Below are positions 9,794-18,373 of a DNA stretch of 64,000 bases, piece after piece. Under the pieces are notes generated by a model, which saw only the letters and a program-made list of their open reading frames with translations, made no database searches and was not told the DNA's origin. The stretch is from a virus: the IMG/VR virus record IMGVR_UViG_3300045988_100686, positions 83,680-147,679 of that record. One strand, 5' to 3'. A program made the translations under genes and the position numbers. The first letter of the stretch is position 1; each line of letters starts with the position of its first letter.

Positions 9794-11295
9794 AGAAAAC
9801 TGTGTTAGCTATCGGGCCTGCTAGTCCGTATGTGAATCTCTTGGCAACTGTTCAAGAGCATTTAAATGACTTAAGTGTCATTAAACCTAATTTTAATAAC
9901 CTTCATATCATTCAGCTCGGTGCTGGTGGTACTGGCGGTTATGTAGCGTATGAAATACTTCGTATGCTTGGTAATATTCCAGAGGTGTTAAAACCGTATA
10001 TCCATTATACACTGATAGATGGTGATACGTATGAGCCAAAGAATATTGGCAGACAACTTTGCTGTGAAGATGATATCGGTAAGTATAAAGCTCAGGTCCT
10101 CGTTGAAGAGTATGGAGAACTCTTTGGTGTTACTCCAGACCAAGCGTCTCATATCGATGAGTATTTTACTGCTATCAGCCAGCTGGCTGTTCTTCCAAAA
10201 TTCCCTCTGCCAATCTGGTCTGTATTTGTAGACGATGAAGTAGAAAAGTTCTTCAAAGACTCTGAAGCTGCAGTTGCACTTAATTCTAAACAGCCACATA
10301 TCAATGCAACAGCTACGTCATTTATCATTATTGACTGTGTTGACAAAAATGCTCCGCGTAAACTATTACATGATTACTTTACAGATATCTCCAGTTTGCC
10401 CAGTACTTTGGCGCGTCTGAACTATTGTTGCAATGCTGTTCCTGACTGTGATAAGATCACTGCTACTGGGCAGCAAATCATTGCACATAACAACGGTGGT
10501 AACAGCCTGCTTGGAAGTATGTACGGTGTCACCCCGATTCGTGATATCTACATCATCTCATCCGGCAATGGCAAGTATACTGGCCAAGTATCCTGGGGAA
10601 GAAAAAGCTTCCTTGGTAACTCCAGTGGTTCTATGCACTACAAGGATATCTTTGGTGACAAGGATGTATCTTCTATTATTGGACCTAAGATTAATACGAA
10701 TGATGAAGTAGAGGCTGTCGATATTACTCCGGGTATGACAGACGCTGATGTAAACCAGTTGCGGCTTAAAGCATTGGCTGAGGAGTATTTTACACCGTCT
10801 AATGTAAAGAGATTCCAGGATAATGTATTCCAAGAAATTGTGGATCCTGCTACTGGCAGATTGTCAAATGGTTACATTAAGTCTATCCCGATTCCAATTA
10901 CTAACCCAGAGGAACCTGAGCTTGAAACTGGACACCCGATGCTCAAAAACATGAATATGTTCATGTCTGCTTTTATGTCTACACCTACTCCGTATGACAG
11001 GTTCCCGGAGCTTACAGACCTTGAGATTGATGCAAGAGAAGAGGCGATGAGCTGCGCGGAGCGTGCAGAACATAATGTACAGTCTATCAATGCTAATAAA
11101 ACTGCTGCAGCTCTTGTAGTAAATTACTTCACATCTATCTTTAATGGTATGTATATGTTTGAAAAGGAAGTACCCGTTCTTACTACTGAGACTACACGTT
11201 TCAACATATTAACGGGCGAGTACTCTTCTGACCCGATTACTACGGATTCTCTGCGTATCCCTGTGGAAACACGCAAAAGAGTTCGCGCATTTTAA
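9790..11295 (+). CDS. E1-like ThiF/MoeB-family adenylyltransferase (501 aa)
   Basis: Motifs IIQLGAGGTGGYVAYEI (Rossmann GxGxxG), LIDGDTYEPKNIGRQL and EDDIGKYKAQVLVEEY match ThiF/MoeB/E1 signature blocks. ATGA overlap with the JAB gene. Confidence 0.7.
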   Translation: MKKTVLAIGPASPYVNLLATVQEHLNDLSVIKPNFNNLHIIQLGAGGTGGYVAYEILRMLGNIPEVLKPYIHYTLIDGDTYEPKNIGRQLCCEDDIGKYKAQVLVEEYGELFGVTPDQASHIDEYFTAISQLAVLPKFPLPIWSVFVDDEVEKFFKDSEAAVALNSKQPHINATATSFIIIDCVDKNAPRKLLHDYFTDISSLPSTLARLNYCCNAVPDCDKITATGQQIIAHNNGGNSLLGSMYGVTPIRDIYIISSGNGKYTGQVSWGRKSFLGNSSGSMHYKDIFGDKDVSSIIGPKINTNDEVEAVDITPGMTDADVNQLRLKALAEEYFTPSNVKRFQDNVFQEIVDPATGRLSNGYIKSIPIPITNPEEPELETGHPMLKNMNMFMSAFMSTPTPYDRFPELTDLEIDAREEAMSCAERAEHNVQSINANKTAAALVVNYFTSIFNGMYMFEKEVPVLTTETTRFNILTGEYSSDPITTDSLRIPVETRKRVRAF

Positions 11296-11335
11296 GCTAA
11301 CGGTGGGCTCTTTGTGAGTCCACCTTTTATTTTTT

Positions 11336-12325
11336 ATGGAGGTATGCTATATGCAAATCCCAAGTTGGTTTATGGATAAGTATTTTCCAGAAGGTAGCGC
11401 ACGCTCTGCTATAGTCTGTGATGACGGAGAATTAAAATCATTCTTACGAATGGAAGCAGATGATAAGAATGCTGGGTGCGAAATCTTTGGTGATTATAGC
11501 TACGTGGAAGATATCATGGCAGTAATGTGTGAACCTGTTGTGGCCCATGAATTATCACTGCCAGCGCTTGAAGACTTAGTTCCTGATAAATATCATATAT
11601 ATAGGGTTATTCCACCATATTATCTGCAGTTGTGGTACAAATATCAGCTGTCAAATAGGGGCATGACAAGTAGCTATACAGAAGATAAATTTAAGGTTGA
11701 TTTTATTACTGCGTATATCATTGAGTTCCCATGGGAACAGATGTCAAGTTGTAGCAGAAGAAAAACGAGATCAAAAAATGATGTAGACCACTGTATGTAT
11801 GACAAAAATTTATTTAATGCTTGGTGTTATCAAAAAGATACTATTGAGGCTGTAGCACAGTTTCTTAATATCTGTAGAATCCCTGCATCTGAGGAAGAGA
11901 TTGCGAAACTATTTATATCTAGGTTTATCTGGTATAGCTTTGTGACTCAATTGGATCTGCTGGATAGCATAGAAATAGGGGAATGGCTTGATTTTTATAA
12001 TGGAGCACCGTATAGATCAAGATGCGTTGATAGAAACTATGAGTTGAATTCTAGAAAAAGTTGTGGCCACTGGGGTGGTCTCATGGCTGCAGGGATTAAG
12101 ATAAGCCGTATCCTGGAATATCCTAGAAATGCTGATTCAGTAAAATCTAGAGTCTTGCAAAGGGCTAGGCTCTTAGTTGTAATGTTTTGTATGTCCCAGT
12201 CACCCAGAACGGTGAAGCTGATCATTGAAGGTCTTATGACGTTTTCTGCGTCAATATCAGGTACATGGATGTTAAGCATCATTGAACCACTGGTAAGGGA
12301 GGTGGAGCCTTCATGGCTAAAATAA
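11336..12325 (+). CDS. hypothetical Cys-rich protein (329 aa)
   Basis: ORF track, same operon. Confidence 0.55.
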   Translation: MEVCYMQIPSWFMDKYFPEGSARSAIVCDDGELKSFLRMEADDKNAGCEIFGDYSYVEDIMAVMCEPVVAHELSLPALEDLVPDKYHIYRVIPPYYLQLWYKYQLSNRGMTSSYTEDKFKVDFITAYIIEFPWEQMSSCSRRKTRSKNDVDHCMYDKNLFNAWCYQKDTIEAVAQFLNICRIPASEEEIAKLFISRFIWYSFVTQLDLLDSIEIGEWLDFYNGAPYRSRCVDRNYELNSRKSCGHWGGLMAAGIKISRILEYPRNADSVKSRVLQRARLLVVMFCMSQSPRTVKLIIEGLMTFSASISGTWMLSIIEPLVREVEPSWLK

Positions 12326-14145
12326 ATGAGTTTACTATAGTGAGTGAGCTGAATGATGAGTTTAGTCTACGGGTATTTATGGAGTCGGGACAAAAGGTTG
12401 CTCAAGTTAATAATGTCTCTCATGATTTCTTAAGAGAGGCAATGCCTACTAGCAGGCTTGGAATAAGAACTCCAGGACTTGCTCCCTGGCCATCTAAATT
12501 TAAGGAAAATCCAGTTCCTGATGGATACTCTATTGCACTAAGTCATAAGTATACATTTGGGTCGATGTGTCTTAAGATGCTCTTGAACAAGCAAGCCAGA
12601 CACAGATATTTTGCGTTATTACTCGCGTTGTTTGGTAATAATGAAAATACCAGGGAACTTCTCACTGTAATGTTGTTAAGAACGAAGTTTACTGATGAAT
12701 TACGATATTTATGTGAGCAGCTTGACATTTCTCGTATGTCTGTTAGAACCTGGGATAGTGTGGCTATAGACAACAAGCCTGGCAGTGTAAAGTTTAATGA
12801 TGTTAGAAATTCTCCATGTAGTTGGTCGAGTGCACTTAGAAATGGATGTCTTGCTGACGGATATGTACCTCATCCGAACATATGGTTCAGAGATGTGAAA
12901 AATAAAAGTTTGTTTACTAAGATATCCGCTTGTGAGATGTTCCCTAATCTTGCTCCAAAGATCCTGGCAAGCATCCCTAAGTACCCTAAAGGAGGCAAGG
13001 TAGATAGAATTGTAGATATAAGGACTCAGATTCTGTTCAATATGCTGAGAAATGCATATGGACTCAAGTATGAGGATATCATTGTTGATAAGCAGCTAGA
13101 TCTTAATACATATGAAGTTCTATCTTCTCTCTGTGCTATTCTTACTGCTGCTGCAGGATTAGGCGGCAGGGTTTCTATTACTGATATCAGAGGAGTTGAT
13201 CCAGACTTAGATGTAAAATTAAGGTTTAGTCTCTGGTATCGTAATGTAAGATCAAGGATACTGACACTTCAAGGGAATTATGGTGTGGCAGGTGATGCCT
13301 GGCTTATGGACAAACTGCTTACTTCATTAGCTGTTGTAATGAATGCGGGGGATAAACAGGAAAGTGAATTGCTAACGTCGTGTGTACGAGCTGCAGTTGA
13401 TGAAAATGATCTCCAGGAAACCCTTGAGGGATGGGTGTCTAAGAGGAATATCAATATGTATCTTGGTGATACGAATACTTTAAACGCGGTGAATGTTCCC
13501 GCATCTACCTTGAGGAGCATTGAAGATGGGATAGATGACATTGTACAATCACTGTCTGACAAGGATAACATTGTTAAATGCCTAAAAGAACTGGTGCAGC
13601 TTCAGGAGTCTTCTATTAGTGGGAAGGCATTTGATCCTGTCACTACTACTAACTATACAAATATACAGTATAACAACAATGGACTTGTAACTGCGAGCCT
13701 GATTCCAATGATTACAAACAGATTCCAACTACTGGACTACATTTATAGAATGAGTACGTATAGAGAAAACGAGTTTATCTATGATACTATGGGAATCGTA
13801 AACAGATGCTCTAGGACTATAAGTTCCCATGTAAGTTCTTATGAATATAGTATAGGTATTTTGAAGAAATGGGAAGAGTTGCGGGATATTGCACTTGATC
13901 AGGTCTCACACAACGGTTCCGGGTATTTTTCAACTGAAATGTTGTATTGGAGTGCACTGGCTAGAGTTCTGGTAACCGACTGGCAACACTTCTGCAGAAT
14001 CAATGCAGGGAAATCCAGAGATGAGCTGTTTGAGATGTCAGTACTTACGGATAATCCATTCGCTGATATTGAGAACAGTGTCTGCCAAGAAATTGATGAG
14101 TATAAATCTGGATATGCAAGATGGCGTGAAAACAGGTTTAAATGA
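12313..14145 (+). CDS. hypothetical protein (610 aa), last gene of the operon
   Basis: ORF track. The ATGGCTAAAATAAATG overlap suggests coupling. A terminator follows. Confidence 0.6.
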   Translation: MAKINEFTIVSELNDEFSLRVFMESGQKVAQVNNVSHDFLREAMPTSRLGIRTPGLAPWPSKFKENPVPDGYSIALSHKYTFGSMCLKMLLNKQARHRYFALLLALFGNNENTRELLTVMLLRTKFTDELRYLCEQLDISRMSVRTWDSVAIDNKPGSVKFNDVRNSPCSWSSALRNGCLADGYVPHPNIWFRDVKNKSLFTKISACEMFPNLAPKILASIPKYPKGGKVDRIVDIRTQILFNMLRNAYGLKYEDIIVDKQLDLNTYEVLSSLCAILTAAAGLGGRVSITDIRGVDPDLDVKLRFSLWYRNVRSRILTLQGNYGVAGDAWLMDKLLTSLAVVMNAGDKQESELLTSCVRAAVDENDLQETLEGWVSKRNINMYLGDTNTLNAVNVPASTLRSIEDGIDDIVQSLSDKDNIVKCLKELVQLQESSISGKAFDPVTTTNYTNIQYNNNGLVTASLIPMITNRFQLLDYIYRMSTYRENEFIYDTMGIVNRCSRTISSHVSSYEYSIGILKKWEELRDIALDQVSHNGSGYFSTEMLYWSALARVLVTDWQHFCRINAGKSRDELFEMSVLTDNPFADIENSVCQEIDEYKSGYARWRENRFK

Positions 14146-14155
14146 TTTGTACTTA

Positions 14156-14188
14156 GACGAGAGTGAAATACCTCTCGTCGTTTTTTTT
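14156..14188 (+). terminator. rho-independent terminator
   Basis: The arms gacgagag and ctctcgtc flank a 9-nt loop, followed by T8. It lies 11 nt after the stop at 14145. Confidence 0.75.
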
Positions 14189-14189
14189 A

Positions 14190-15335
14190 GTTATCTAGAA
14201 TTTAAAGGTTGGACAATGTTGAACATGCTTCTCTCAGAGCCTACAGTGTACCTAGATTTGATTTTTATGTAGGGGTGTATGTAGTTATATACCCTGTTGT
14301 AAAAAGTCTCTCAAAGTTAATCCTAGGAGCTCTGAGATATATGTGTGCATTTTAAGCAGAATATGGAGGCTGTTTGAGCACTGGATAACAAGGTCATAAA
14401 GTACCTAAAAACCAGTGTAACCTCTGCAGCCCTTACATAGCAAGGGTTTCAAGCTCTGGTTACACTTGTCTACTTATCAGACAATTTAAAGTGTAACCAC
14501 AAAAATCTCGATAGACTGGGGCCTCAGATACCTCAAAATATACTGGTTACACTTTCTACACTAAAAAATATATATATATTATATACGATATACGATACGC
14601 GCACCCGCGCCTTAGGGGATTATTTATATAATAAATATATAAAGATACACACATAATTATATATATATTATATGTCTATCCAAAAAGGTGTAGAAAGTGT
14701 AACCAGGGCCTTTTTGTAGTCATACGCCCCCAGTTCATCGAGGTTCACGCGGTTACACCTTTTCAAAAAATAGGTGTAGAAAGGTGTAGATAAGTGTAGA
14801 GAGTTGTCAGACAATTTTAAAAGGCACCATAAATCCAGGTAAACGTCGTTAGTCCCAGTACTGTCCTTGTAAAACTATGATTTTCGTAGTACTCAACATA
14901 CGAGTGTCCATTAGTTCAAACTTTTGACACACTCTGATTTTTCTGAAAATTATTACCTATCTTGCTACTATGTTTATAAAATATAAAATAGTATGCAACA
15001 TATAAATTAACTTTTAACTTTAATAAACACATCCAAGCAGACTACGTTACACAAAGTTGTGACACTTAAGTGACATTGTAATATATCTTTCAATTCTAAC
15101 AAATCAGATAATTAAGATTTTTCATAGTTTATAATAAAATTCAGACAGCTATCCATGTCAGTCTTTGTCTTTCATAGCTAAACATAACTAACCATAGCTA
15201 ACAAGCATACATAGCTCTCAGAGCATATAGAGTACCTACATTCATTTTTTTAAATCATCTCCTATACAATATACTAATAGCAAACAAAGTCTTCTCAAAA
15301 CTAATTCTAGAGCCTCTCAGACATATATGAACATA
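14190..15335. other. 1.1-kb non-coding AT-rich region with iteron-like repeats; candidate replication origin or regulatory hub
   Basis: No ORF of 60 aa or more. It is flanked by convergent terminators. Repeated GGTTACAC/GTGTAACC (6 copies), GTGTAGA(A/T)A (5 or more copies), CAGACAATTT (2 copies) and (TA)n tracts are present. Confidence 0.45.
14543..14706. repeat. 19-bp perfect inverted repeat (CTGGTTACACTTTCTACAC ... GTGTAGAAAGTGTAACCAG) flanking a 126-bp (TA)n-rich core
   Basis: Arm 14543-14561 is the exact reverse complement of arm 14688-14706. The core contains tatacgatatacgatacg and a short GC hairpin cgcgcacccgcgc. Confidence 0.7.
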
Positions 15336-15370
15336 AAAGAGCACCAGACGGCCACAGTCGTCCAGTGCTC
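15331..15370 (-). terminator. rho-independent terminator ending the long minus-strand operon
   Basis: Two 6-bp stems are separated by a 2-nt bulge (gagcac..gtgctc). On the minus strand a UUUUA run follows. It lies 8 nt after the stop of 15378..16043. Confidence 0.55.
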
Positions 15371-15377
15371 TCATTGT

Positions 15378-16043
15378 TCACCATTGTATCATCTCATACG
15401 CTACACGTCCCTCAAGATGATTGTCACCATCAACACCCACCTGGTACGTCATACGGTTGTTACGGTAGTGGACACCGTAGCTCTTGCCAACACCTTCGTT
15501 GTAACCGACGTAGACACCAAGACCCACGGTTTTCTTTATATTTTTAATTGAATATATAGTGGTTCCGGGTTTGACATTGCTCTCTTTGTCCACAATAACC
15601 TTATCTCCATTACGGCGTTCAAGCTCTTTATCAATGTTTTCCTTTGAGCTCTCTTCAGGAGTAAAGTATGCGCGGTCATATCTCTTATCTAGCTTAAGAG
15701 TACTGGAGTTCAGGCTCTGATGAGACTTTAGTTCTTTAGAAATCTGTTCCGCCTCTTCCAGCTTCTTGATCTCAGTGATCTCCTTGTAGACTTCGTTCTT
15801 TTTGTTTCCCATGGCCTTGTCCACAGTTTCCTGCGTAACTCCACCGTTAACCACCATTATTTTGCCTCTGCTTGTATACCAGTTCCACAATAGCAGGTAA
15901 AAAATAAGCAGCAGAGTGATAAACAGGATCAGCATTGATATGAAGCGGTGTTCACTACACCATTCATAGACTTCCTTTAGTTTCCCGTTTGCCATCTTCA
16001 GTAATGTCTTTATCTTTGTCAACATATTGTAAGTGCTCCTCAC
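15378..16043 (-). CDS. membrane-anchored protein (221 aa, N-terminal TM); lysis-cassette candidate
   Basis: ORF track. The hydrophobic stretch ISMLILFITLLLIFYLLLW is present. Confidence 0.5.
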   Translation of the reverse strand: MRSTYNMLTKIKTLLKMANGKLKEVYEWCSEHRFISMLILFITLLLIFYLLLWNWYTSRGKIMVVNGGVTQETVDKAMGNKKNEVYKEITEIKKLEEAEQISKELKSHQSLNSSTLKLDKRYDRAYFTPEESSKENIDKELERRNGDKVIVDKESNVKPGTTIYSIKNIKKTVGLGVYVGYNEGVGKSYGVHYRNNRMTYQVGVDGDNHLEGRVAYEMIQW

Positions 16044-16533
16044 TAATATCTTCTAAATTGAGTTTTTCTCGTCTGGTCACAGATACCCATACGTTTGTCC
16101 ATGTTCTCACAGCCTTTTCCATGCCCCATGCACCTAGTGTGTGTGTAACAATAAGCACCACAACGGAGATAAAGCATATAGCTGAGAAATCATGGTTGCC
16201 AAGCATCATTACAGCGAGCATCGGGGTTACCGCACAGTTCACGATACCTGATGCCATTGCCACACGCCATTTGAATACGTATTTCTTTGATTGACGTCGA
16301 TCAGATAGCATATTTCGTTGCAGATTGATATACGCTATATATAGAATCATGCCAAGAATAAAGCATATCATGTGCGCTATCACTGTTAGCACCGATTCAA
16401 CCGTAAGATACTCATGAACAAGTGCCTCACTGACCAGCACTGTTATACTATTTTCCGGTATCTGATTCAAGCTCACCACCCATCCTTGCTGCGAGTTTTC
16501 GTTGCCTGGATCTGAGTACCGTGTAGGTAACAC
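15964..16533 (-). CDS. polytopic small membrane protein (holin-like candidate); true start uncertain
   Basis: ORF track. It has 3-4 hydrophobic helices and overlaps the downstream gene by 80 nt. Confidence 0.4.
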   Translation of the reverse strand: MLPTRYSDPGNENSQQGWVVSLNQIPENSITVLVSEALVHEYLTVESVLTVIAHMICFILGMILYIAYINLQRNMLSDRRQSKKYVFKWRVAMASGIVNCAVTPMLAVMMLGNHDFSAICFISVVVLIVTHTLGAWGMEKAVRTWTNVWVSVTRREKLNLEDISEEHLQYVDKDKDITEDGKRETKGSL

Positions 16534-17404
16534 CCAGGATGACCATGAGACCTACCGTAAATCCAATATTCACAAGGCCTCTAGCTATGATTGAACTAGT
16601 TTCCTTCAAATGGTCCTTTCCTAAAGCAGCACTAAAATCGTTTATTCTATGTATAGTCTCTGTTGACAGCGGCTGGACAGCGACAATCACAGCCAACGTA
16701 GAGTTTGCTGACTGCGTACCATCAGGGTTAGTATTGGCATTCCCGAACATATCAGCGTGATCATAGATATACGCAGGAGTAAGCAGATACACAGCCGACA
16801 GGTCTTTAACGCTGTTTACTACTTCTCCCGGCTGCATGACACTGATATCCCCTGTAACCTTGTCAATCATTGCTACACTCCCCTGTGGCATATTGAACAA
16901 CTGCGTCAGGTTTCTTTGAATACGTATAGGGTCAGAGCTGTCAGATGTAAAGTAAACACGCGTTTTGCTTATTACTGCCAAACGCACGTTCATACCTCCA
17001 GAGCACCATTTGTCAATATACTCATAGCAAGCCTTGGAAATATCCTTGTAAACTACATTATTATTGTTATCCAGAACAAAATAGTTATCAATGTCTTTAC
17101 GCAGCTGTCCTTGATTACCTGCATAATCACGTTCCAATTGCTCTGACACATCATCCCGTAGATTCCTGGAGTGGACAACTGAAAGTCTGATACTACTTTC
17201 TACAAGCTCGTTCTGGTAGTACTTACTAGCAGTCATAGCCTGAGCTTGCAGCTCTTTGTAATCCTCGTTTGTATGCTCAAGCTCAGACATCATTGTGTAC
17301 GCTGCAAACACTGCCACTACTGCAGTCATAAGCAACAAATATAAACAGTTACGGCGAATACCTACATTATGCCTATCAATATACTTCAATATATAACCTT
17401 TCAT
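16448..17404 (-). CDS. two-TM protein with a roughly 240-aa extracytoplasmic domain (sensor-like topology)
   Basis: TM segments lie near aa 21-39 and 278-298. The function is unknown. Confidence 0.5.
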   Translation of the reverse strand: MKGYILKYIDRHNVGIRRNCLYLLLMTAVVAVFAAYTMMSELEHTNEDYKELQAQAMTASKYYQNELVESSIRLSVVHSRNLRDDVSEQLERDYAGNQGQLRKDIDNYFVLDNNNNVVYKDISKACYEYIDKWCSGGMNVRLAVISKTRVYFTSDSSDPIRIQRNLTQLFNMPQGSVAMIDKVTGDISVMQPGEVVNSVKDLSAVYLLTPAYIYDHADMFGNANTNPDGTQSANSTLAVIVAVQPLSTETIHRINDFSAALGKDHLKETSSIIARGLVNIGFTVGLMVILGVTYTVLRSRQRKLAARMGGELESDTGK

Positions 17405-17416
17405 AGTCTCATCCCC

Positions 17417-18373
17417 TTAAGTCATAGCTTTCTTTGCCATAGATACTACCTTAGTGTCCTCATATACATACATTATTACATCCTCAGAAGACCGCTTATC
17501 ATTGATGTAGATTCCATCTGCAACATATGCTTTAGGGTTATTCACTGACATACTTAGTATTAACTGACTGCCCTTGTTTACTTTGTATATCCCTGGTTTA
17601 CCAAGGTTTGACTGAATAATAGTACCTTCTCCTGCTTCTATACTAACAGTACATGTTTCTCGTTTTCCTCCCTGTGAACTAGGGAGTCTCATAATATAAT
17701 ATTTGCATACATACGGTGTGATTACATTGAATTGTACCACTGATTGGCTAGCCGTACCAGTTTCTGATGAATCTTCCTTGTAACAGTACATCTGCCCACC
17801 AGTACCCGTAGGATAAATTTCTTTATCCCACTGTCCGAATTTTTTATATGCTTCATACCTGCCATTGCTAGAATACACACCAACAATATTGTGAAATTTA
17901 TGTACATGGTTTCTCATAATCGCTGTGGAGTTTACACTATGTACAAATGAGCCACCTTCTTTTCCTATTGGACATGCTCCACTCCAGCAAACAGCAATCC
18001 TCTGGCGTAGGTCCGGTGTTCCATTAACACCATCACAGATAACCCAGTTAGTTGGTACATCACCTAGTTCACCCGCCCATATAGCTATAGAATAGGGAGG
18101 AAAATCATCTTCGCTTAACAAGGATTCTATAAGATCTAGCTCTTTTATATATCCATCAATGAGATCTAGGAGCTCTGGGTAAAAAAATCCATTTTCCGTA
18201 GTTGTTACCCTTGCATGTTCATGGTCTCCCCTTGTACCAGCATGGCGATCCAGCGCTGTAACAGTAGTCTGTACATTGTCTCTCAGTTCTGTAACAAATT
18301 CTTTCTTGATCAGGATATTGTGATACAGTGTTTTATCTGTGTACTCATTGAGTACTACGTCTGAATTTGCCAT
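17417..18373 (-). CDS. tail fiber protein with phage tail-collar domain
   Basis: WVICDGVNGTPDLRQRIAV matches the tail-collar consensus (CDG...tPDLRGR). Confidence 0.6.
   Translation of the reverse strand: MANSDVVLNEYTDKTLYHNILIKKEFVTELRDNVQTTVTALDRHAGTRGDHEHARVTTTENGFFYPELLDLIDGYIKELDLIESLLSEDDFPPYSIAIWAGELGDVPTNWVICDGVNGTPDLRQRIAVCWSGACPIGKEGGSFVHSVNSTAIMRNHVHKFHNIVGVYSSNGRYEAYKKFGQWDKEIYPTGTGGQMYCYKEDSSETGTASQSVVQFNVITPYVCKYYIMRLPSSQGGKRETCTVSIEAGEGTIIQSNLGKPGIYKVNKGSQLILSMSVNNPKAYVADGIYINDKRSSEDVIMYVYEDTKVVSMAKKAMT

Noticed and set aside
14400-14830. CRISPR array in the repeat-rich non-coding island
   Set aside because: The repeats are short (8-10 nt), occur in both orientations and are irregularly spaced. 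There are no uniform repeat-spacer units.
14190-15335. tRNA genes in the 1.1-kb gene-free region
   Set aside because: I found no GTTCRAnYC T-arm-like box with a matching acceptor stem by eye. The region needs tRNAscan/Infernal to be sure.
15964-16533. Treating the 189-aa overlapping ORF start as certain
   Set aside because: An 80-nt overlap with the downstream gene suggests the real start is an internal Met. It is kept at lower confidence.
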